Shown: positions 1 through 9,809, counted from the first letter of the stretch. The stretch: 64,000 nucleotides of DNA from an uncultured Pseudomonadota bacterium (GCA_963837565.1 CAWIOC010000010.1:6005-70004); one strand, 5' to 3'. A program made the numbers and translations. The notes: generated by a model not told the origin, from the sequence alone.

Positions 1-7
1 TAATCAT
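1..7 (-). CDS. 5' end of a gene leaving the window (probably NmrA/SDR-type quinone oxidoreductase divergent from the HxlR regulator)
   Basis: Minus strand reads GGAAAGGATCAGACC-ATG-ATT (strong RBS, M-I). Product inferred only from the usual ytfG/qorB-HxlR divergon. Confidence 0.4.
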
Positions 8-53
8 GGTCTGATCCTTTCCTGTTGCGACAGGGCCGAAACCTAGTTGCAAA

Positions 54-70
54 ACTTACCTAAAGTAAGT
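54..70. promoter_or_regulatory. HxlR/QorR-type operator palindrome ACTTAC-N5-GTAAGT
   Basis: Perfect inverted repeat ACTTACctaaaGTAAGT in the AT-rich divergent spacer before the HxlR gene. Confidence 0.7.
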
Positions 71-103
71 ACGTACAATTTTGTTAGTTTTGGGAAATCC
101 GCC

Positions 104-493
104 ATGCTCGACGACAAATCGCCGCCCACGCCGATCGACCGGGCCCTGATGGAGGGCAATGTCCTCTCGGACCTCTGCCCCTCGCGCAGCATCCTGCGCC
201 AGGCCACCACCCGCTGGGCGCTGCTGTCGCTGATCGTGCTGCGGCGGGGCGAGATGCGCTTTTCCGACCTGCGCCGCGCCATCGGCGGGATCAGCGAACG
301 GATGCTGGCCAAGACCCTGCAGGATCTCGCCCTGCACGGGCTGCTGACCCGCACCTCGCATCCGGTGGTGCCGCCGCATGTGGTCTACGCCCTGACCCCG
401 ATCGGCGCCGAGATGGCCGAACGGGTCGAGGGGCTGACGTCCTGGATCGAGCACAACCTGCACCGCTTCCCCGCACCGACCCCGGCAGACTAG
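104..493 (+). CDS. HxlR/DUF24 winged-helix regulator (YtfH/QorR-like, redox Cys)
   Basis: CPSRSIL...RW...RFSDLRRAIGGISERMLAKTLQDL...PPHVVYALT motifs; ATG at 104. Confidence 0.9.
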   Translation: MLDDKSPPTPIDRALMEGNVLSDLCPSRSILRQATTRWALLSLIVLRRGEMRFSDLRRAIGGISERMLAKTLQDLALHGLLTRTSHPVVPPHVVYALTPIGAEMAERVEGLTSWIEHNLHRFPAPTPAD

Positions 494-498
494 GCCCG

Positions 499-1116
499 AT
501 GCCGCCCGCGAAAGACGCCCCGCCCGGCACCCAAGGCTACGCGGCAGAGGCGGAAACCCTGCTGCAAACCTATGAACAGGTGATCTTTGCCGAGGTTCAC
601 GCGGCGATCCTCGACCTGATCCCCGCACCCCCCGCCGATATCCTCGACCTCGGCGCGGGCAGCGGGCGCGATGCCGCCCACCTCGCCGCCTTGGGCCACC
701 GCGTCACGGCGGTCGAGCCCACCGATGCCCTGCGCGATGGCGCGCGCCGCCTGCACCCGAACCCGGCGATCCGCTGGTCGGGTGACAGCCTGCCCGCCCT
801 CGCCCGCACGACCGGCGCCTATGACCTGATCCTGCTCACCGCGGTCTGGATGCACCTCGACGCAGCCGAGCGCGCGGCCGCCATGCCCCGCCTCGCCGCC
901 CTGCTGCGCCCCGGCGCCGTCCTGATCCTGTCGCTGCGCCACGGCCCGGTGCCCCCCGGCCGCCGCATGTTCGCGGTCAGCGCCGACGAAACCTCGGCCC
1001 TCGCCTCGGCCCAGACCCTCACCGAGATCCGCCGCCTGAGCCAATCCCCGGTCCTGCCCCGCAACATCGCCGAGGGCATCACCTGGACCCGGCTCGCCTT
1101 CCGCCGCCCAACCTGA
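499..1116 (+). CDS. Class I SAM-dependent methyltransferase
   Basis: ILDLGAGSGRDA motif I, AVEP, YDLILLTAVWMHL. Confidence 0.88.
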   Translation: MPPAKDAPPGTQGYAAEAETLLQTYEQVIFAEVHAAILDLIPAPPADILDLGAGSGRDAAHLAALGHRVTAVEPTDALRDGARRLHPNPAIRWSGDSLPALARTTGAYDLILLTAVWMHLDAAERAAAMPRLAALLRPGAVLILSLRHGPVPPGRRMFAVSADETSALASAQTLTEIRRLSQSPVLPRNIAEGITWTRLAFRRPT

Positions 1117-1163
1117 GGCAGACGAACCTCACCCGGACCAGCCCGACCCGACCCGGCGCCCCG

Positions 1164-1196
1164 CATTTTCTGCCCGAAAATATCCCCGCCGGAGGC
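1164..1196. repeat. Dispersed intergenic repeat family A, copy 1
   Basis: CATTTTCTGCCCGAAAATATCCCCGCCGGAGGC, near-exact reverse complement of 8452-8485; matches 62533-62555. Confidence 0.85.
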
Positions 1197-1226
1197 TCCC
1201 GCCCGATCAACGGCAAGCACCCTTCC

Positions 1227-1619
1227 TCATTCCACCCCAAACTCCAGCATCAGCTCCAGCCCCTCGGACAGAAACTCGCCGACATCCGGCTGGCCCAGCA
1301 GATAGGTGCTGACCAGCCCCTCATGCTGCTGGCGGGCGAGCGCCTTGGTCTCCTCCCATTCCTCCGGCCCGGCATCACCGCGCCCGATCCAGAACAGCGC
1401 GACCAGCGCGTCCTTCTGCTCGTCGTCCATGCTCTCGATCTCCTGCGTGATCTCGTCACGGCTCAGATCGCCCGCGCTTTCCTGCAATGTATCGGCCACC
1501 TCGTCATCCGAGGCATTGCCGCCGGGATCGGGGATATCCATCCCCTCCTTCGCCATCACCGCATTCAGCCGCAGCACAAGTTCTTCAATCTCGTCGCTGT
1601 CAAAGGGAAGGGCCGCCAT
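1227..1619 (-). CDS. DUF3775 domain protein
   Basis: Acidic protein with LVALFWIGRGD...YLLGQP..GEFLSEGLE; RBS-preceded ATG at 1619. Confidence 0.8.
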   Translation of the reverse strand: MAALPFDSDEIEELVLRLNAVMAKEGMDIPDPGGNASDDEVADTLQESAGDLSRDEITQEIESMDDEQKDALVALFWIGRGDAGPEEWEETKALARQQHEGLVSTYLLGQPDVGEFLSEGLELMLEFGVE

Positions 1620-2176
1620 CAATGTCTCCTGTTCTCGCTCCGGCCAGACCTGACATGCCCCGGGCGACAGCACCATGACATCGATCAGCCCGCCGCGGGT
1701 TTTGCACCGCCTTCGCCCGAAGATGTCAGACCCATCATACTGTGTGGCGCGCGCGCGATTGGTCAAGCCACGCGCCGTCATCCCCTCTCCTGTCGTGACT
1801 GCCGTCACGTTCAGGCCGCCATCGTCACCGGCCCGACCCCGGCGGCGCTAACCGAAACCCGAAGGCCCATGCGATGGAATTTGCCGCCCCGGCCCCGGGC
1901 CCTCGCGTCAAATCGTCCTGCGAATAATCACCCGCCGGAGGATCAATCGAGAGGTGGAATTGAAGGGGCCCTGCAGTTTCACCGTCGAATTTCGCCGAGA
2001 TCAAAACGGCGGCGCCATATCCGGCGCAAAGCCGACAAGCCATCGATCAGATATTTCTGCCGCATCGCCAATCGGCGCAGAACACCACCATTTCCCCGGA
2101 CCGGTTTCCAGGCTGTAAAGCCGACCCCGCGCCCGATGTGATACCAGTCGCGCGCGCCGATCCCGCGGCGGGCGCC

Positions 2177-3512
2177 CTAGCCCTGCAGGCGTCGCACCAG
2201 CCGCCCGGCCTGCTCTGTCACCCGGCCCAGATCCAGCCTGGTCAGCTGCCCGCCCTCGACCACCTGCCGTCCCTCGACGAAGAGATCCCGCACCCGCATC
2301 GGCCCGGCGAGCAGAAAGGCCACCGGATCCCAGGATCCGGCCGCCTCAACCCCCGAGACATCCCAGACCGCGATATCCGCCCGCTTGCCGACCTCCAGCG
2401 CTCCGCAATCCTCGCGCCCCAGCACCTGCGCGCCGCCCAGGGTCGCGATCTCCAGCGCCTCGCGCGCCGCCATCGCATCGGCGCCCCGCGCCACCCGCTG
2501 CAACAGCATCGCCATCCGCGCCTCGGCCACGAGGTTTCCGGCATCGTTCGAGGCCGAGCCATCCACCCCGAGCCCGACCCGCACGCCCGCATCCCGCATC
2601 GCCCGAACCGGCGCGATGCCCGAGCCGAGCCGGCAGTTCGAACAGGGGCAATGCGCCACCCCGGTGCCGCTGCGCGCGAACAGCCCGATCTCGCCCGCGT
2701 CCAGCTTCACGCAATGCGCATGCCAGACATCCGACCCGGTCCAGCCCAGATCCTCGGCATATTGCCCGGGGCGGCAGCCGAACTGCGCCAGCGAATAGGC
2801 GATATCCTCATCATTCTCGGCCAGATGGGTGTGCAGCATCACCCCCGCCTCGCGCGCCAGCAGCGCCGCATCGCGCATCAGCTCGCGGCTGACCGAGAAG
2901 GGCGAACAGGGCGCCAGGCCGACCCGCACCATCGCCCCCGGGGCGGGGTCATGGAAGGCCGCGATCACCCGCTGGCAATCCGCCAGAATATCCGCCTCGC
3001 GCTCGACCAGCGCATCCGGCGGCAAGCCGCCCTGCGCACTCGCCGATCGACATCGCGCCCCGGGTCGGGTGGAACCGCAGCCCGACCTCTGCCGCCGCCG
3101 CAATCGTGTCATCCAGCCGCGCGCCATTGGGGAACAGATACAGATGATCCGAGCTCAGCGAACAGCCCGACAGCGCCAGCTCGGCGAGCCCGACCAGCGC
3201 CGAGATCCGCATCTCGTCCGGCCCGAACCGCGCCCAGATCGGATAGAGCGTCCGGAGCCAGCCGAAGAGCAGCGCATCCTGACCGCCGGGAACCGCGCGC
3301 GTCAGGGTCTGGAACAGATGATGATGGGTGTTGACCAGCCCCGGCGTCACCACGCAGCCTCGGGCCGAGACCACCCTGCCCGCGCTCTGCAACCCCGGCC
3401 CCACGGCGGCGATCACGCCGCCCCGGATCAGCACATCGGCGCCCGCAAGCTCGCGCCGCGCACCGTCCATCGTGACCACGACATCGGCGCCCTTCAGCAG
3501 AATTTCACTCAT
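2177..3512 (-). CDS. 8-oxoguanine deaminase (amidohydrolase superfamily), frameshift near 3040
   Basis: PGLVNTHHHLFQTLTR, SSDHLY, APCSPFS, HTHLAE, HCPCSNCRL, GVDGSASND across ORFs 2949-3512 and 2177-3127. Confidence 0.88.
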
Positions 3513-3601
3513 GAGTCACCCCACACAGGCCCGAAATTACCCCCTTCGGCCTGTGTGACCCGCGCCGCGACAGAAAAGGGGCAGAAGGACTCGCCGCGCG
3601 T
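3513..3601 (-). promoter_or_regulatory. Structured 5' leader (two hairpins) of the deaminase; candidate cis-regulatory RNA
   Basis: Stems CGCGGCG/TGTCGCG and CACACAGGCCGAA/TTCGGGCCTGTGTG directly upstream of the ATG. Confidence 0.5.
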
Positions 3602-3607
3602 GCCGCG

Positions 3608-3636
3608 ACGCTAGCAAACCCCGATCGGCGTGACAA
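3608..3636 (-). promoter_or_regulatory. sigma70-type promoter TTGTCA-N17-TAGCGT
   Basis: Minus-strand hexamers with exact 17-nt spacing, implying a start near 3601. Confidence 0.6.
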
Positions 3637-3652
3637 TCGCCGCGGTGGATCT

Positions 3653-3673
3653 GAGTATTTTTGCCAAGAAGAA
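3653..3673. repeat. Dispersed repeat family A, copy 2 (short)
   Basis: GAGTATTTTTGCCAAGAAGAA, identical to 59184-59204. Confidence 0.8.
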
Positions 3674-3696
3674 ACGGCAGTCCGGGCGCCGGGCCC

Positions 3697-4502
3697 TCAG
3701 TCCGCCCAGGCCAGCGCCTGCAGCGCCGCAGCATGCACCTCGGCATTGGCAGCCGCCAGAACCCGACCGCCCTGATGCGCCGGGCCGCCGCGCCAGTCGG
3801 TCACCAGGCCGCCCGCCGCCTCGATCACCGCGATCGGGGCCTGCACGTCATAGGGCTGCAGCCCGGCCTCGACGACAAGGTCGATCTGCCCGGCCGCGAC
3901 CAGCGCATAGCCGTAGCAATCCATGCCGTAGCGCGTCAGCCGCATCTGCGGCACCAGCCGGCGAAAGGCAGCCGCTTCGGCGGCGGTGCCGACCTCGGGG
4001 AAGGTCGAGAACAGGATCGCCTGATCCAGCGCCCGTGGCGCCCGGCAGCGCAGCGCGCGCCGCCCGAGCGGGCCATCGACCCAGGCCTGCCCGAAGCCGC
4101 CCAGAAACCGCTCGCCGATATAGGGCTGGTCGATCACCCCCAGCAGCGGCCCGGTCTCATCGGCAACCGAGATCAGCACCCCCCAGGTCGGCGTGCCCGA
4201 GAGATAGCCGCGGGTGCCGTCGATCGGGTCGAGCACCCAGGTCAGGCCGCTGGTCCCGGGGGTCGCGCCCATCTCTTCGCCCAGCACGCCGTCCTGCGGG
4301 CGGCGCGAGCGAGAAGCGCGCGCATCACCGCCTCGGCCTCGCGGTCGGCCACCGTCACCGGATCGAACCGGTCGCTTTCCTTGGTCTCGGCGCTCAGCCC
4401 CGGGGCGCGGAAATGCTTCAGCGTCGCAACGCGGGCGACATCGGCCAGCGCCTCTGCCGTCTCGATCAGCGCCGCGCGCTCAGCTTCCGTCAATCTGGTC
4501 AT
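3697..4502 (-). CDS. hisN: Histidinol-phosphatase, inositol monophosphatase family; frameshift near 4300
   Basis: FDPVTVADREAE, GEE, WVLDPIDGTRGY, DCYGY, LQPYDVQAP. Confidence 0.82.
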
Positions 4503-4572
4503 CGCTGTCCCCTGCACCCGCGCCCAAGCCCGCGGTAGCGGGCGCCGGGCGGCGGGTCAAGGGTGCGGGCTT

Positions 4573-4935
4573 TCAGGCCGCGTCGCTCAGCACACGGGCC
4601 AGATCGAACAGGCGGCGGCGCTGCTGTTCCGGGATCGCGTAATAGGACCGCACCAGTTCCAGCGCTTCCTTGTCGGCCAGGATATCGCCCTCTACCCGCG
4701 GTTGCGCATCCCGCGCCGCATCGATGCCTTCGAAGAAGAAGCTGATCGGCACATCCAGAACATCCGAGATATCCCAAAGCCGCGAGGCACTGACCCGGTT
4801 CATCCCGGTCTCGTATTTCTGAATCTGCTGGAACTTGATCCCGACCTTATCGGCAAGTTGTTGTTGCGTCATACCGATCATCCAGCGACGATGCCGGATG
4901 CGCTTGCCAACATGGGCATCCACGGGGTGTTTCAT
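4573..4935 (-). CDS. XRE-family HTH transcriptional regulator
   Basis: HPVDAHVGKRIRHRR..MTQQQLA..FQQIQKYETGMNRVSASRL. Confidence 0.92.
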   Translation of the reverse strand: MKHPVDAHVGKRIRHRRWMIGMTQQQLADKVGIKFQQIQKYETGMNRVSASRLWDISDVLDVPISFFFEGIDAARDAQPRVEGDILADKEALELVRSYYAIPEQQRRRLFDLARVLSDAA

Positions 4936-4990
4936 ACGTCTCTCCAATTACTGGTCATCTGGTCTCACCGGTTCCTGCGGAAAAGAAGCA

Positions 4991-5005
4991 TTAAAGAAGC
5001 GTTAA
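4991..5005. promoter_or_regulatory. CtrA-type box TTAA-N7-TTAA
   Basis: TTAAagaagcgTTAA 56 nt upstream of the XRE start. Confidence 0.6.
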
Positions 5006-5312
5006 AGCTGCAAACTTCATTCGAACCCGCGGAGCCACATTATCTTATTACCCTAGGTTTACTGCCTTATCTTTTTGGACAGGTAAGATGTCTGAATTAT
5101 ACACCTGCTGGCGAGGGCTGGCAAAAGGACAAAGGCCACTCATCCAGCGCGGGAATCCGCGGATCATCGATTGTTTCCCGGATTATCGGAGCCTACGGGC
5201 GCATTTTTCACCCAATCTCCGCAAAATGCCTGGCAACATGCGCATTTTGTAAACAATATGTTCAGCATTCGCGGACGACGGCCGGACCCGTCCCAGCAGA
5301 CCGAGAGCCAGC

Positions 5313-6280
5313 ATGCGCGCCTATCAGATCGACCGCTTCGGAGACCCCGCAACCCTGAGAGAGGTGACCGATTCGCGCCCCGGACCGGACCAGGTGCGGC
5401 TGGCGATTGCCGCCTGCGGGTTGAACTTCGCCGACCTCCTGATGCTGAAGGGCAGCTATCAGGAACGCCCCGCCCTCCCCTTCACCCTCGGGATGGAGGT
5501 GGCCGGAACCGTCACCGAGCTCGGCCCCGGCGTGACCGGGCCCGCCCCCGGCACCCGGGTCGCGGTCTTCGCCGGACAGGGCGGCCTGGCCGAGGCCGGC
5601 TGCTTTCCCGCCGCGCGCTGCGTGCCCCTGCCCGATGCGATGTCCTTCGCCGAGGCCGCCGCCTTTCAGATCGCCTATTCGACCAGCCATGTCGCACTTG
5701 CCCACCGCGCCCGCCTGCACCCCGGCGAGACGCTTCTGGTGCTCGGCGCGGCCGGCGGGGTCGGGCTGACCGCGGTCGAGATCGGCAAGCTGATGGGCGC
5801 CCGAGTCATCGCCTGCGCGCGCGGGCCGGAAAAGCTCGCCGTGGCCCGCGCCGCCGGCGCCGACCACCTGATCGACAGCGACACCGAAGATCTGCGCGAG
5901 GCGGTGCGCGGCCTCGGCGGCGCCGATGTGGTCTATGATCCGGTCGGCGGCGACAGCCTGCTGCAGGCGCTGCGCGCCACCCGGCCCGAGGGCCGCATCC
6001 TCGCCATCGGCTTTGCCAGCGGCGAGGTGCCGCAGGTGCCCGCCAACCTGCTGCTGGTCAAGAACCTCAGCCTGATCGGCGTCTACTGGGGCGGCTACCT
6101 CGGCTTCCGGCCCGAGGTGCTGACCGAGAGCCTCGCCCAGCTGCTGCGCTGGCATGCCGAAGGCCGCCTGCATCCGCATATCAGCCACAGCCTGCCGCTC
6201 GACCGGACCGCCGAAGCGCTGGAGCTTCTGCGCTCGCGCACCTCGACCGGCAAGGTCGTGGTCACGATGGGCGGCCTGAC
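5313..6280 (+). CDS. NADPH:quinone oxidoreductase (MDR family); 3' end approximate, stop not seen in frame
   Basis: CGLNFADLL..G.YQ, GMEVAG, GAAGGVGL, ends ...STGKVVVTM. Confidence 0.88.
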
Positions 6281-7130
6281 CGCCCCCGATCGCGTCGCGG
6301 ATCATCTCGGCCATCTGCTCGACCGCCGGGCCATGGCTCGGCTCGGCGACATAGAGGTTGATCCGGGTCCGCGCCAGATCGGGCAAGGCGCCGCCATGCT
6401 GCACCTCCTGCAGATAGCGCGGCATCGCCCCTTCCACCAGGGCGTGCACCGCAAGGTCGGCACTGACGCTGGCCTCGATGGTGCGGGTCGAATCGGATTC
6501 GACCGCCATCACCCAGGGAATGCCCGCCCGGTCCAGCGCCTGCTGCACGCCGACCCGGAAGATGCAGTTATGCTCAAAGGCCAGCGGCAGCGGCCGCGCC
6601 TTCCAGGCCGACCCGCCCGGCGCGCCGATCCAGACCAGCGGCAGCTCGCTCAGCGTCTCGCCCTCGGGGCCGCAGCTGTCCTCGGTGGTCAGCACGATAT
6701 CGGCATCGCCGCGCGCGAACAGCGCCTTCAGCCGCCGCGTATAGGACGACACCAGCGTCACCCGCATCCGCGGATAATCCCGCGCGAACTGCTGCAACAC
6801 CTTGGGAATCGCGGGATAGACGATGTCCGAGGGCACCCCCAGCACGATCTCCCCCTCCCAGGCCTGATGCGTCAGCCGCGCGATCGCCTCGTCGTTCAGC
6901 GACAGCATCCGGCGCGCATAGCCCAGCATCTGCTCGCCCGCCGCGGTCAGCGACACGCCGCGCCCGGCGCGGTCGAGCAGTTCCAGATCCAGCGCCTCTT
7001 CCAGCCGCTTGATCTGCATCGACACCGCCGACTGCGTCAGGTTCAGAAAGCCCGAGGCGCGGGTGACACCCCCGGCATCGGCAATCGCCACGAAAGAGCG
7101 CAGCGAGGTCAGATCGAGATTACGCGCCAT
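6270..7130 (-). CDS. LysR-family regulator; 3' end approximate
   Basis: NLDLTSLRSFVAIAD.GGVTRA..LNLTQSAVSMQIKRLE. Confidence 0.92.
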
Positions 7131-7145
7131 ATCACTAATCCTGAT
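7131..7145. promoter_or_regulatory. LysR box ATC-N9-GAT (T-N11-A)
   Basis: ATCACTAATCCTGAT abutting the LysR start in the LysR/DUF1127 divergon. Confidence 0.55.
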
Positions 7146-7252
7146 GTTTGACGTCAAAAGCATTCATTTTACAAATGAACCCCAAAGGCGCAGTAAGATC
7201 AAGTTCGTTGATGGATCGACCGCGATCCATCGTCACCCAAGGATGACCGATC

Positions 7253-7471
7253 ATGGCACATACGGCTCGCACCTGCGCGGCACCGCCGCACTCCCCTCGC
7301 TCGCAAAAGGCATCTCGCAGCCTTCGCATCGCGCTGACCGCGCGCAGAGAGCGCCGCAAGCTCGCCGGGATGGACGCCCATATGCTCGCCGATCTGGGCC
7401 TGACCCGCGGCCAGGCAGAGGCCGAAGCCCGCCGTCCGCTCTGGGACGTTCCCGCCAATTGGCGGGCATAA
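7253..7471 (+). CDS. DUF1127 (YjiS-like) small protein
   Basis: RRERRKLAGMDAHMLADLGLTRGQA..EARRPLWD. Confidence 0.88.
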   Translation: MAHTARTCAAPPHSPRSQKASRSLRIALTARRERRKLAGMDAHMLADLGLTRGQAEAEARRPLWDVPANWRA

Positions 7472-7534
7472 ACGGAACATTCCATCCGATTTTGTCGATT
7501 TAAACCGACTCGCGGTGGAATTCGACGTGTTCCG

Positions 7535-7563
7535 CTTGAAAAACGTCCTCAGGTTGCCGATAT
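7535..7563 (+). promoter_or_regulatory. RpoH-type promoter CTTGAA-N16-CCGATAT
   Basis: Matches the alphaproteobacterial heat-shock consensus, upstream of BI-1/YccA. Confidence 0.6.
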
Positions 7564-7624
7564 TTCGGTGGGAGAGGGAACCTGGTCTCATGGTTTCCGA
7601 TGACATTGGAAATGGAGGCTTCTC

Positions 7625-8346
7625 ATGGCTGACTACAACACGATCCGGACCGGCGCGCGACCGATCACCGGTCAGATCGACGAGGGTCTGCGCGCCCATA
7701 TGAACAAGGTCTACGGCCTGATGTCGGTTGGCCATGCTGGTGACCGGCGGCGTGGCCTATACCGTGGGCACCAACCCGGCGCTGCTGCAGGCGATCTTCA
7801 CCTCGCCGCTGCGCTGGGTGGTGATGTTCGCACCGCTCGTCGTGGTCTTCGCTTTCGGCGCGATGATCAACCGGCTGTCGACTGGCTGCCGCTCAGGGGG
7901 TGTTCTTCCTGTTCTCGGCGCTGATGGGCCTGTCGATCAGCTATATCTTCGCGGTCTATACCGGCATCTCGATCGCCCAGACCTTCCTCGTCACCGCGAT
8001 CGCCTTCGCCGGCCTCAGCCTCTATGGCTACACCACGAAGCGGGACCTCTCGGCCATGGGGACCTTCCTGATGATGGGCCTGATCGGCCTGATCGTCGCC
8101 TCGGTGATCAACATCTTCCTGCACTCCAGCGCGGTGATGTTCGCGATCTCGGTGCTCGGCGTGCTGATCTTCGCCGGCCTGACCGCCTATGACACGCAGA
8201 AGATCAAGACGACCTACGTGCAGATGGCGCAAAGCGGCGATCGCGAGTGGCTGGGCAAATCCGCCATCATGGGCGCGCTGAACCTCTACCTCGACTTCCT
8301 GAACATGTTCATGTTCCTGCTGCAGTTCATGGGCAACCGGAACTGA
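7625..8346 (+). CDS. Bax inhibitor-1/YccA membrane protein, frameshifts near 7730 and 7890
   Basis: IDEGLRAHMNKVYGLM, YGYTTKRDLS, TAYDTQKIK, GALNLYLDFLNMF. Confidence 0.9.
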
Positions 8347-8370
8347 TCGCAGTCCGCCAGCAGAGATACG

Positions 8371-8405
8371 AAGGGCCGGGGGGAAACCTCCGGCCCTTTC
8401 GCTTT
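8371..8405 (+). terminator. Rho-independent terminator
   Basis: AAGGGCCGG...CCGGCCCTT stem followed by TCGCTTT. Confidence 0.7.
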
Positions 8406-8451
8406 GGCCCCGGCGCGCTGCAGGCACGTCGCGCAGGGCCACCCCGGTCGC

Positions 8452-8547
8452 CGCCTCCGGCGGGGATATTTTCAGGCAGAAAATGAGCATGTCGCGCCCC
8501 ATTTTCTACCCTCAAATATCCCGGGGGTGCGGGGGCAGAGCCCCCGC
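8452..8547. repeat. Dispersed repeat family A, copy 3 (full hairpin form)
   Basis: CGCCTCCGGCGGGGATATTTTCAGGCAGAAAATG, inverted arm CATTTTCTACCCTCAAATATCCC, then GCGGGGGCAGAGCCCCCGC hairpin. Confidence 0.85.
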
Positions 8548-8561
8548 CTCGGGCCCCCGCC

Positions 8562-9206
8562 TCAGCTTACCCGCAGCTCGTCATAGGACACCATCACATG
8601 CTCGCGGAAGGCCGGGCGCGCGCAAAGCCGGTCGTAATACCCCCGCAGCGCAGGCAGCGCCGCGCGCTCGATGTCGATCTCGTAATAGCGGTAGAGCATA
8701 TGGCCCAGCAGGATGTCGGCCAGCGAGAACGCGGACCCGGCGAGCCAGCCCGCGCGCGCGATCTGCGCCTCGGCGATGGCGAGCCTGGCCTCCAGCGCCA
8801 GCACCCCGGCACGGATCGCCGCCGGATCGCGCGCGGCGGGCGCGGTGCGCACCACGCGCCAGAACACCGGCCCGGTAAAGCCGGCAGCCACATTGACCTT
8901 GGCCCATTCCGCCCAGCGGTCGACCTCGGCACGGGCCCGCACATCGGCCGGCCAGAACGCCCCGCCATCGCCGTAGCGCGCCGCGAGATAGCGCAGGATC
9001 GCCGCCGATTCCCACAGGGGCGCGATGCCGTCATCCTCGAGCACCGGCACCGTGCCATTCGGGTTCATCGCCAGGAAGGCCGGTGTATCGACCACGCCAT
9101 AGGAAAACCCCGCATCGACCCGCTGATGCTCCAGCCCGAGCTCGCCGATGCACCACATCACCGCTTGCACGTTCGACGACGATCGCCGCCCCCAGACCCG
9201 TATCAT
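8562..9206 (-). CDS. Glutathione S-transferase (GstB-like)
   Basis: WGRRSSSNVQAV, MNPNGTVP, LWESAAILRYL, FSLADI. Confidence 0.92.
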   Translation of the reverse strand: MIRVWGRRSSSNVQAVMWCIGELGLEHQRVDAGFSYGVVDTPAFLAMNPNGTVPVLEDDGIAPLWESAAILRYLAARYGDGGAFWPADVRARAEVDRWAEWAKVNVAAGFTGPVFWRVVRTAPAARDPAAIRAGVLALEARLAIAEAQIARAGWLAGSAFSLADILLGHMLYRYYEIDIERAALPALRGYYDRLCARPAFREHVMVSYDELRVS

Positions 9207-9244
9207 TGCCGCACCTCTCTTGCCAAAACCCCGTCGGTGCAGGC

Positions 9245-9727
9245 CTATACCGCACGCATCATCCGCACCACCGGAAAGCCGATGCCCGGGCCCAGCGTCA
9301 TCTCGACCGGCCCGAGCTCGGTGAAGCCCAGCGCGAGGTAGAACGGCACCCCGGTCCGCGTGGCGAGACAGTCGAGCCGCACCGCCCCGGCCGCCGCCAC
9401 CTCGCCCAGTACATGCAGCAGGATCGCCCGCGCCACGCCGCGCCGCAGATGCGCCGGGTCGGTCGCCACATGGCGCACCTCGGCCACCCCCGGCGCCGCG
9501 CCAGACCAGCCGCCCGCGCCGATCACCGCGGCCCCGTCCGTCGCCACGAAATACCGCCCCGAGGCCAGCAGCTCGGGCCGCGCCCGGATCAGCCGCGGCA
9601 CCGCCATCACCCGGACCGAGGGCGGATAATCCGGCGCCAGCAGCCGCGTATAGCTGCGCTGCAACAGATCATCCACAGCCGCGATATCGGCCCGCGTGGC
9701 GGTGCGTATGGTGATCACCGGGGTCAT
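9245..9727 (-). CDS. GNAT N-acetyltransferase
   Basis: VRHVATDPAHLRRGVAR motif A, PFYLALGF. Confidence 0.85.
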   Translation of the reverse strand: MTPVITIRTATRADIAAVDDLLQRSYTRLLAPDYPPSVRVMAVPRLIRARPELLASGRYFVATDGAAVIGAGGWSGAAPGVAEVRHVATDPAHLRRGVARAILLHVLGEVAAAGAVRLDCLATRTGVPFYLALGFTELGPVEMTLGPGIGFPVVRMMRAV

Positions 9728-9757
9728 GCCCCGCAGCCTAGCACAGCCCGCGCAATG

Positions 9758-9787
9758 AAAAAGGCCGCACCTTGCGGCACGGCCTTC
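9758..9787 (-). terminator. Rho-independent terminator of rpmG
   Basis: Minus strand GAAGGCCGTGCCGCAAGGTGCGGCCTTTTT. Confidence 0.7.
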
Positions 9788-9809
9788 AATCCTTCGGGAC
9801 AGGCAGATC

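Noticed and set aside
7472..7620. CcsR/cuckoo sRNA repeats after DUF1127
   Set aside because: No CCTCCTCCC-loop hairpins present
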